Below, one piece after another: positions 26,946-34,485 of a stretch of DNA of 40,429 nt. Both the position numbers and the translations under genes were made by a program. Each line of letters starts with the position of its first letter. The stretch's first letter is position 1. This stretch comes from Armatimonadota bacterium (GTDB lineage Bacteria > Armatimonadota > UBA5829 > DTLH01). The DNA is taken from assembly GCA_038207085.1 (NCBI GenBank), contig JBBRAE010000025.1, positions 1-40,429 on the forward strand. The letters are read 5' to 3'. Below the pieces are notes generated by a model. It saw only the letters and a list, made by a program, of their open reading frames with translations. It did not search any database and was not told where the DNA came from.

Positions 26946-27184
26946 CGTGCGCGATATTTATCGCGCACGCAAAGAAGAACAAGGGAGCTTGGCTCCCGGT
27001 GAATCGACTTAAGCCCATTCCCCGGACTAAAGTCCTAATTCTTCTATCGTTCGTCCGGATTTGCAATCCGGGACGTCTGGGCCGAATAGGCATCTGTGAT
27101 GCCGGTAGATTGGGCACGGTCGAAAGAGCGGGATCACAGATGCCTCTCTTGCCAACAGGCCCCGGATTGCAAATCCGGGCCAAC
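26946..27184. repeat. Cluster of REP-like palindromes upstream of argD
   Basis: cgtgcgcgata-tt-tatcgcgcacg at 26946-26969. Outer inverted pair ccggatttgcaatccgg / ccggattgcaaatccgg (27049-27075, 27158-27184) encloses the inner pair ggcatctgtgatgcc / gggatcacagatgcc. Confidence 0.7.
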
Positions 27185-27237
27185 ATCATATGCCAACATC
27201 ATACTCGTCCGGGCCAACATACTCCAGCCCCCAGCCC

Positions 27238-27897
27238 CTAACCTCTATCCCCTGAATCGCCCGGGCCAGGCGTTGTACGCCGCCGTTTCTTGAGCTTGGG
27301 GAAGACCTCTTCGAGCCCCTCGGTCAGGTCATAGACAAACGACGCAAGGTCTCTGTCCTGTTCCTTCAGGTTTCGCAGTTCAAGCAGCAGAATGTCTTTG
27401 AACTGCTGAAGCTGACGCGTTTGGGACTCTCTGATATCCTGGACTTCCGAGCGAATCTCCTCAAGCGCGGTCTTGACCTCGGGCGTTGGCATAGAGAAAT
27501 CTTTCGCGCGCTCCATATCCATTCCGGCGTCAGAGATGAACCGGGTCAGTGCTGATTCGCTGACGAGCCTGCGCACTCCTTCAGGAAAGCGCACCTGGAT
27601 GGAATCGAGTTCGCCACTTTGGAGCAGTCGTACCATCGCGCCTTCGGAGAGCCCAAGCCGCATGCGCGCATCTTCAGAGGAGACCGTGTAGTCGCCGACC
27701 GGCTCGGGGAAGACCACGGGTTCGAGCTCCACCCGAAACTCTTTTTTCCCCGCAGCAGGCACGAGTCCGAGCGCTTTCCACTCGTCGTGAAGCCGTGCGA
27801 TCCCCGCAGGAAGTTTTTCCTCCTGGGGAGCCGCTATAGTGTCCTCCTGACTCTCGGTCAGGTCAAGGTTTTCTGGTCTGATTTCTTCTTGATCCAT
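27238..27897 (-). CDS. Hypothetical protein with Xis/MerR-like HTH and C-terminal coiled coil
   Basis: VSSEDARMRLGLSEGAMVRLLQSGELDSIQ...RRLVSESALTRF followed by a heptad-rich helix. Confidence 0.6.
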   Translation of the reverse strand: MDQEEIRPENLDLTESQEDTIAAPQEEKLPAGIARLHDEWKALGLVPAAGKKEFRVELEPVVFPEPVGDYTVSSEDARMRLGLSEGAMVRLLQSGELDSIQVRFPEGVRRLVSESALTRFISDAGMDMERAKDFSMPTPEVKTALEEIRSEVQDIRESQTRQLQQFKDILLLELRNLKEQDRDLASFVYDLTEGLEEVFPKLKKRRRTTPGPGDSGDRG

Positions 27898-27993
27898 ATT
27901 TATCCGTTACCGCAGGCTCGCTGGCGCGGTTACAATGCCAATATCTCCCTACTTCACAAACAATACCATGTCTTATTGTACACACGTTTCCGC

Positions 27994-28022
27994 TTTACCT
28001 CCCATTACTGCGGTGGTATAAT
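27994..28022 (+). promoter_or_regulatory. Sigma70-type promoter with extended -10
   Basis: TTTACC-17bp-TATAAT with TG two bases upstream (tggtataat). Confidence 0.55.
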
Positions 28023-28111
28023 CCGTGGAAAAGGGGAATAGCGTTTACAGGCACTGGGCAAACCGACAAATCCGGCTCTTTGCGTTTTGAACTCTATGTC
28101 CGGGAGTAACA

Positions 28112-29008
28112 ATGATAACTGTATCGACGGCATGGAACGCGTCACGGCACGCAAGCGGCGAGGAAGCCATTCGAGAGCTGATGGGGCTCGGATTCGGCTC
28201 ATTTGAGCTCTCTGTCAAGCACACAGAGGCGGAACTCGGAGAGATCGACGCGATCTCGCTTGACATCGAGGTGCGATCGCTTCACAATTTCTGTCCAGTG
28301 CCGCATGGTCCCAAAGAGCACGGTGGAGGCGATTTTCACCTGCTTTCGAGCCCGGACTCCGCGGAACGCCGCCGAGCCGTCGACGCATCCAAGCGCACTT
28401 TGGAATGGGCCGAGCGCCTTGGCGCTCAGGCCGTAGTCTTTCACCTCGGCCGGGTGGAGGCTGTGGAGAACAATTTCGACCAGATAATCTCCCTGCGCGA
28501 ACAGGGAAGATTAGGCGAAGCCCAGTTGCTCATCTCCGAAGACCTGGACTGCCGCGAACAGGAAAAAGGCCCATACCTCGAAGCCGCGCTGAAAAGCGTC
28601 GAAGAGCTCGCGAGTTTTACAACCAAGGTGAAAATCGGCGTAGAGACCCGTTTCCACTATTTCGAGATCCCATCGCTCGACGAAATCGCTCTGTTTCTCG
28701 ACGTAGTAGGCGAGCGCGGAGGCTACTGGCACGACTTCGGCCACGCCTGGATCAACGACCACATTGGAGTTCTGAAGCACGAAGACTATCTCACTCGTTA
28801 CGGCTCCCGCACGATAGGTATGCACGTCCACGATGTAGACGGCATCCGAGACCACTGCTCGCTCACCTGCGGCATGATCGACTTCGCCAAACTTCTTCCG
28901 ATGATCTCCAAGAATGCGATAAGCGTCCTTGAAATCCACAACGCCACGCCCGAAGAGCTTGTAGAAAGCTGGAATATCTGGCAAACTCTACTGGCAAAGA
29001 ACGCGTAG
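28112..29008 (+). CDS. Sugar phosphate isomerase/epimerase family (xylose isomerase-like TIM barrel) protein
   Basis: SLHNFCP, VFHLG, GVETR, WHDFGHA, MHVHD, DH, VLEIH metal-binding pattern. Confidence 0.8.
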   Translation: MITVSTAWNASRHASGEEAIRELMGLGFGSFELSVKHTEAELGEIDAISLDIEVRSLHNFCPVPHGPKEHGGGDFHLLSSPDSAERRRAVDASKRTLEWAERLGAQAVVFHLGRVEAVENNFDQIISLREQGRLGEAQLLISEDLDCREQEKGPYLEAALKSVEELASFTTKVKIGVETRFHYFEIPSLDEIALFLDVVGERGGYWHDFGHAWINDHIGVLKHEDYLTRYGSRTIGMHVHDVDGIRDHCSLTCGMIDFAKLLPMISKNAISVLEIHNATPEELVESWNIWQTLLAKNA

Positions 29009-29046
29009 AATCAATTATAGAGTTTTGATTGACGACACCCCAAATT

Positions 29047-29847
29047 ATGCCAAACTTACAACAAAGAGAACTGATATACGCCGGAATCGACATCGGCTCG
29101 CTTTCGGCAGACGCCGTGCTGCTTCGCGGGGGTAGTGTGCTTGCGTGTTCCGTCCTTCCAACGGGCGCGAACAGCGAGGTTGCCGCCCGTGAGGTGTTCG
29201 CTGACGTGCTGGCCCGTGCGGGTGTCACCGAATCGGACATCGCCTCGGTCGCATCGACCGGCTACGGGCGGGGAAGCGTCCCCTTCGCCGCGAGAACGAT
29301 CACCGAGATCACCTGCCATGCCGTCGGAGCTCGATCTTTGTCGGCGGAGGCCGCGACTGTGATCGACATCGGCGGGCAGGACAGCAAGGTGATCCGATTG
29401 GGAGCTGACGGCCGAGTAGAGGACTTTTCGATGAACGACAAGTGCGCCGCCGGGACCGGTAGGTTCCTTGAAGTGATGGCGGGCGCGCTTGAGACCGATC
29501 TTCAGTCGCTCGGCGAGCTTTCCCGTCGCTCTACAGAGCAGATCAGAATTTCAAGCACCTGCACGGTCTTCGCCGAAAGCGAGGTCGTCGCCCTTGTCGC
29601 CCGGGGGGTTCCCAAGGAAGACATTATCCGGGGGCTCCACGAAGCGATCGCCGAGCGGATCTACGGTATGGTCCGCCGCCTGCGCTGTGGCGGCCCCTAC
29701 GTGATGACCGGTGGGGTCGCAAAGAACTCGGGAGTAGTGCGAGCGATCGAATCGCGCCTCGGTTCGAGGCTCTTTCTCCCGGAGGAACCTCAGATAGTGG
29801 GCGCACTGGGCGCGGCGATTATGGCTGCGAGGGAGTCGCAGGATTAG
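29047..29847 (+). CDS. 2-hydroxyacyl-CoA dehydratase activase (HgdC/BadFG ASKHA ATPase); start uncertain
   Basis: GIDIGS, TGYGR, EITCHA, DIGGQDSK, MNDKCAAGTG, SSTCTVFAESE, TGGVAKN. Confidence 0.92.
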   Translation: MPNLQQRELIYAGIDIGSLSADAVLLRGGSVLACSVLPTGANSEVAAREVFADVLARAGVTESDIASVASTGYGRGSVPFAARTITEITCHAVGARSLSAEAATVIDIGGQDSKVIRLGADGRVEDFSMNDKCAAGTGRFLEVMAGALETDLQSLGELSRRSTEQIRISSTCTVFAESEVVALVARGVPKEDIIRGLHEAIAERIYGMVRRLRCGGPYVMTGGVAKNSGVVRAIESRLGSRLFLPEEPQIVGALGAAIMAARESQD

Positions 29848-29993
29848 CTTCGAGTGTATTGGCCTGTGTCGAGGATTTGGGTGGAGCGCACGTTTCGAGA
29901 GCCTCAACGTGATTGGTTTTGGATTGATCAACCTTGAGGGATCCTACGGCTAGCGGTACAATCTCTCATATCTTCACCCAAGCCAATACCCAT

Positions 29994-30016
29994 CACCCTG
30001 AGGTTCTCGAAGGGTG
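29994..30016. repeat. Isolated REP-like palindrome caccct-gaggttctcga-agggtg
   Basis: Resembles the CCCTGAGnnnnTCGAAGGG class of short intergenic repeats. Single copy in the window. Confidence 0.4.
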
Positions 30017-30070
30017 CGCTACACAAAACAACGGGCGTACTACAACCAATCGCAGCTAATCAAATCCCCC

Positions 30071-30097
30071 TGCAACCTTTTCTTGGTTCAAAACGTT
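30071..30097 (+). promoter_or_regulatory. Putative ECF-sigma promoter upstream of the PBP genes
   Basis: TGCAAC-17bp-CGTT, with an overlapping TATAAT. Confidence 0.35.
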
Positions 30098-30184
30098 ATA
30101 ATAGATGGGTCCGATGTTTGACGTAGTTGAGCGTCGGTCCTATAATCAAGGGGGGCCTGCGAGGCCGCGAGGTGGAAACGGCTG

Positions 30185-32467
30185 ATGAGCACGAATAGAA
30201 CTACATTTAAGGCAAGGAAACCGCAGCCCAGACGAAAGTCGAGCAAACTCAGAACGCTCGTGCTTTATATGCAGATTGGGCTGCTTTTGGTGTTTGGGAT
30301 AGGCATAGGCGCGATCTGCGGCACGTTCCTCAGTGTATCCAGGGTTCTGCCCAAGGTTACCGACTATAGCCCGCCCGAGGTCACCAAAATATATTCGAGC
30401 GATAACGTGCTGCTTGCGACCGTCGGTGAAGAGAACCGCGAGGTCGTGAAGCTCGAAGAGATTCCCAAAAACCTTGTCAATGCGACCGTTGCGATCGAGG
30501 ACAGCCGGTTCTACGAGCACGGAGGCGTCGACTTCCGTGGAATCGCCCGTGCGGCTGTGAAAAACATCATCGGCGGCAAGATAGACGAAGGCGGCAGCAC
30601 CATCACCCAGCAGCTGGCGCGAAACGTCTTTTTGACCCAGCGCAAAACCATCTCAAGGAAGATGCGTGAGGCCGTGCTCGCGGTTATGATCGAGCGCAGC
30701 TACACCAAGACCAAAATCCTTGAGCTTTATATGAACCAGATTTTCTATGGTTCGGGCGCGTTCGGCGTGCAGGCTGCCTCCAAAGCCTACTTCGGCAAGG
30801 AGGTTAAAGACCTCGACCTCTCCGAGTGCGCGATGCTCGCGGGTCTTCCTCAGGCGCCGACCCGACTTTCCCCGCACCGAAACGTCGAAGCCGCTATCAA
30901 CCGACGCAACATCGTGCTTGCGAGGATGCAGGATCTCGACTACATCACACCCGAGAAGCGCGCCAAAGCCAAAGCCGAAGACCCGAGAATCGTCGACCTC
31001 AAGCCGACTAAATACCGATCAAGAGCGCCATATTTCACGGACTACGTGAAAGAATATCTCGCCGACAAATACAGCTACGATGATATGATCTACCGCGGCG
31101 GACTTCACGTCTATACTACTGTGAACTACCGGATGCAGGAATCGGCCCAGCGGGCGCTTGCCGCAGGGATCCGCCGCGCCAGAGCGAGCGGACAGGTAAG
31201 CCGCACCAAGGGCAACGGCGCGCTGATCAGCATCGAGCCCGGCACCGGCTACATTCGGGCGATGGTCGGCGGCGCTGACTACACAGACCGCGAAGCAGGC
31301 GAGTTCAACCGAGCATTGAAGTCCAGACGCCAGCCCGGAAGCGCCTTCAAGGCGTTTGTCTACACGGCTGCTGTCGATTCGCTCGGCTGGGACGCGAACC
31401 ACGTAGTCCTCGGCGGACGCTACACCTACAGTTTCGGTGACGGTCGCACGTGGTCGCCAAAGAACTACGACGGCAAATATCCGGGGTCTATGACGATTAA
31501 AAAGGCCGTTGCGAACTCGGTAAACGTTCCGGCAGTCAGAACCGCGATGCAGGTGGGCTTGAGCACGGTCGTTCGATACGCGCATCTGCTCGGGATCAAG
31601 AGTGAGATCGAGGCGTACCCGGCGATGGCGATCGGCGGCATCCGGGGCATCAGTCCAATCGAGATGGCGGGAGCATACACCGTTTTTGCATCAGAAGGCA
31701 TGTATGCCGAGCCGACTCCGATTGCCAAGATCACCACAGCAGACGGAGCGATCATCGAAGACATCATCCCCAAGCCCAGGCGCGTCATTTCAGAGCGCAC
31801 GGCCAAGGTTATGGACGAACTTTTCCGGGCGGTTGTGACTCAAGGCACCGCGCGGCGGATACTTTCGGGCTTTCCCGAGGCCCGTGGCAAGACCGGCACC
31901 ACCAACAACGATGTCGACGTTTGGTTCATCGGCTACGTGCCCAAGAAGCTCGTCACAGCCGTTTGGGTGGGAAACGACAACAACACCTCGATGCGTAACG
32001 TTTCGGGAAGCGGCGTCTGTGCTCCTATTTGGAAAGATTATATGCACGACGCCATTCGGGTATATAACGACACCCATCGCACGGCTCCGTCGCACAAGCC
32101 GAAGGACACCACCGCCCAGAAGCCGCGCACTGAGAACCGCGACAATGCCACGCCACGCGACGAAATAAACGCCGTCGAGGAAACCGATAACGGCGCAGTT
32201 CGCATAAAGATATGTAATGAGAGCCAGCTTATCGCCAGGCGGGCATGCCCGTCATGGCACACAGAGACTTTCGCCAAGGGCACGGAGCCCACGGCTTTCT
32301 GCAATATTCACGGGAACACGCCTCGCGGAGAAGGCGGAGGGAACCCGGCCAATACCGGTGACACGGGCAATAACACCCAGCCGACTCCGGCTCCAGCCGA
32401 GGGTGCAGGTCAGGATAACGGCGAGATGAGGATGACTCCGCCTCCGGCGATACCGATCAACCATTAG
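30185..32467 (+). CDS. Class A penicillin-binding protein (PBP1A family)
   Basis: TM anchor. Transglycosylase motifs EDSRFYEHGGVD and GGSTITQQLARN. Transpeptidase motifs SAFK, SVN, KTG. C-terminal C..C..C..H segment and low-complexity tail. Confidence 0.95.
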   Translation: MSTNRTTFKARKPQPRRKSSKLRTLVLYMQIGLLLVFGIGIGAICGTFLSVSRVLPKVTDYSPPEVTKIYSSDNVLLATVGEENREVVKLEEIPKNLVNATVAIEDSRFYEHGGVDFRGIARAAVKNIIGGKIDEGGSTITQQLARNVFLTQRKTISRKMREAVLAVMIERSYTKTKILELYMNQIFYGSGAFGVQAASKAYFGKEVKDLDLSECAMLAGLPQAPTRLSPHRNVEAAINRRNIVLARMQDLDYITPEKRAKAKAEDPRIVDLKPTKYRSRAPYFTDYVKEYLADKYSYDDMIYRGGLHVYTTVNYRMQESAQRALAAGIRRARASGQVSRTKGNGALISIEPGTGYIRAMVGGADYTDREAGEFNRALKSRRQPGSAFKAFVYTAAVDSLGWDANHVVLGGRYTYSFGDGRTWSPKNYDGKYPGSMTIKKAVANSVNVPAVRTAMQVGLSTVVRYAHLLGIKSEIEAYPAMAIGGIRGISPIEMAGAYTVFASEGMYAEPTPIAKITTADGAIIEDIIPKPRRVISERTAKVMDELFRAVVTQGTARRILSGFPEARGKTGTTNNDVDVWFIGYVPKKLVTAVWVGNDNNTSMRNVSGSGVCAPIWKDYMHDAIRVYNDTHRTAPSHKPKDTTAQKPRTENRDNATPRDEINAVEETDNGAVRIKICNESQLIARRACPSWHTETFAKGTEPTAFCNIHGNTPRGEGGGNPANTGDTGNNTQPTPAPAEGAGQDNGEMRMTPPPAIPINH

Positions 32468-32470
32468 CTT

Positions 32471-34276
32471 ATGCCAACCCCACAAGAAGATATAATGCTC
32501 GAAAGGAGCAGGATGAAGACGCTCGCGATTTTTTGCATCGTGGTGTTCATCATCCTGCTTGCCCGGCTCTGGTACTTGCAGATCGCGATCGGCAAGACGC
32601 TTCTTGTCGAGTCCGAAACCAACCGCACGCGCCTGGTAAAGGTCCGCGCGCCCCGTGGGATGATCCTTGACCGCAAGGGTAGAGTGCTTGCGACAAGCCG
32701 TCCGCAGTTCGTCGTGATGGCTATCCCTGAGACGCTTCAGGCGAATCCCAGGGCTATGAAGATACTCTGCACCACGCTCGGGATCACCAAGGACGAGCTT
32801 CAGGCGATCTTCAAGCGCGAGAGGGCGGCGAAGCTTGCGCCGGTGCGCGTCGCAATCGACGTTCCCCTCGACGTTGTAGCAAAGCTTATGGAGCGCAGAC
32901 CGATCCTGCCTGGAGTAAGCGTTGAGCAGGACCAGCTAAGAAGCTACCCAGACGGCTCACTTTGCGTTCATGTGCTGGGGTACATCGGCGAGGTCAACAA
33001 AGAGCAACTCGATGCCCTTCGCACCAAGGGTATGAAGCTGAACCCTGGAGATTACGTCGGCAAGTCCGGCATCGAAAAGCAGTATGAGGGGATCTTGCAC
33101 GGTGTCGACGGTGGTCGCGAGATTGAGGTCGACGCCCGGGGCCGCACCCGCAGGATTCTTGGGGTAAGAGAACCCATTCCAGGCTCGACTCTTGTGCTTA
33201 CGATCGACAAGGACCTCCAGATCGCCGCCGCCCGTGCACTTGAGGGCAAGACAGGCGCAGTGGTCGCGGTCGACCCCAGAAGCGGCGAGGTGCTTGCGAT
33301 GGTCAGCAAGCCGGATTTTGACCCCAATATCTTCGTGAAGAAGGTCAAAAAGGCCGACTGGGACAGGATATTTCTTAATAAGTCAAACCCGCTTCAGAAC
33401 AGGGCTGTGGCGAACAAGTATCCCCCCGGCTCGACATTTAAGCCGATCACCGCGACTGCCGGTCTTGTTAACCACGTGACTAGTGTAAACGCCCACACCT
33501 ACTGCTCGGGCGTTGGCCTGTATCGCCGCCGGTGTTGGAAGCGGCACGGGGCGGTTACGTTTACGACCGCGATGTCCCAGTCCTGCGACGTATTCTTCTA
33601 CCAGGTTGGCGACCGCCTCGGGATCAATCGTCTCGCCAAGATGGCGCGCGCCTTTGGGCTTGGCTCGCTCACCGGAATCGACCTTCCCGAAGCCCGCAAG
33701 AAGGGCACTGTACCGGACGAGGCGTGGAAAGAGGAGCGCTATCACGAACGCTGGTACCCGGGAGAGACGGTCATCTGTGCGATCGGTCAGGGCTATATCG
33801 AGGCGACGCCGCTTCAGATGTCCCTTGTGTCTGCAACCGTGGCGATGTCGGGTAAGCGTTATCAGCCGCACATGTTGAGAGAGATTCGAACTCCCAACAA
33901 CAAGACCGACCGCAAAATTGGTTCAATTGAGCTTCCTTCGGTCCCTGCTTCGGCTGAGAACTTCAAAGATGTAAAATGGGGGATGCGCCAGACCGTAGCA
34001 GGCCCCGGCGGCACCGGCAAGGTCGTCAACATCGAGGGTGTCACCGTCTGCGGCAAGACCGGTTCGGCAGAGGTCACTCGCGGTCTGCCTCACGCGTGGT
34101 TCATCTGTTTTGCGCCGATGGACAACCCGGAGATCGCGATCGCGGTCATCGCCGAGCACGGCTGGCACGGAGCCACCGCCGCCGCCCCGGTAGCCCGCGC
34201 GATTCTCGATGTCTACTACGGCAAAAAGAAGCCCTCAGAGGTAAAAGCCAGCGTCGCGCACACATCCGGGGACTGA
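32471..34276 (+). CDS. mrdA: Penicillin-binding protein 2 (class B)
   Basis: RLWYLQI, APRGMILDR, RSYP, GKSGIEKQYE, YPPGSTFK, SCD, KTG, HAWF. Start may be ATG 32495. Confidence 0.93.
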   Translation: MPTPQEDIMLERSRMKTLAIFCIVVFIILLARLWYLQIAIGKTLLVESETNRTRLVKVRAPRGMILDRKGRVLATSRPQFVVMAIPETLQANPRAMKILCTTLGITKDELQAIFKRERAAKLAPVRVAIDVPLDVVAKLMERRPILPGVSVEQDQLRSYPDGSLCVHVLGYIGEVNKEQLDALRTKGMKLNPGDYVGKSGIEKQYEGILHGVDGGREIEVDARGRTRRILGVREPIPGSTLVLTIDKDLQIAAARALEGKTGAVVAVDPRSGEVLAMVSKPDFDPNIFVKKVKKADWDRIFLNKSNPLQNRAVANKYPPGSTFKPITATAGLVNHVTSVNAHTYCSGVGLYRRRCWKRHGAVTFTTAMSQSCDVFFYQVGDRLGINRLAKMARAFGLGSLTGIDLPEARKKGTVPDEAWKEERYHERWYPGETVICAIGQGYIEATPLQMSLVSATVAMSGKRYQPHMLREIRTPNNKTDRKIGSIELPSVPASAENFKDVKWGMRQTVAGPGGTGKVVNIEGVTVCGKTGSAEVTRGLPHAWFICFAPMDNPEIAIAVIAEHGWHGATAAAPVARAILDVYYGKKKPSEVKASVAHTSGD

Positions 34277-34332
34277 TCTGTCTACTAATACGTTTAGAAA
34301 CCTCAGGAATTGAGCATTATTGTTGAGGTTTT

Positions 34333-34453
34333 GATCGTGCCGGGTCTCCAGACTCGGCACGCGCATTTGAGGAGTCTCCTGACTCCGATTCTTGCGCTGC
34401 GGGGTCAGAGACCCTGGGAATATTCGCACCGGGTCTGGAGACCCAGCGCGATC
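34333..34453. repeat. Four-unit REP/BIME-like cluster with about 21-bp terminal inverted repeats
   Basis: gatcgtgccgggtctccagac at 34333-34353 and gtctggagacccagcgcgatc at 34433-34453. Inner units are ggagtctcctgactcc and gggtcagagaccc. Confidence 0.75.
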
Positions 34454-34485
34454 GTATCTGATAGCTAATAACCCGAGGTTTTTAA

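Noticed and set aside
26946..27235. Possible CRISPR array or T-box leader upstream of argD
   Set aside because: No equal-length direct repeats with unique spacers, no cas genes, and no T-box consensus with terminator found.
28048..28085. gcactgggcaaacc resembling the start of a c-di-GMP-I riboswitch
   Set aside because: The GNRA-capped P2 stem, the GACGCAAAG junction and P3 are absent.
34333..34453. Possible CRISPR mini-array or riboswitch before hydA
   Set aside because: Units are degenerate, in opposite orientations and irregularly spaced, which fits REP-like repeats better.
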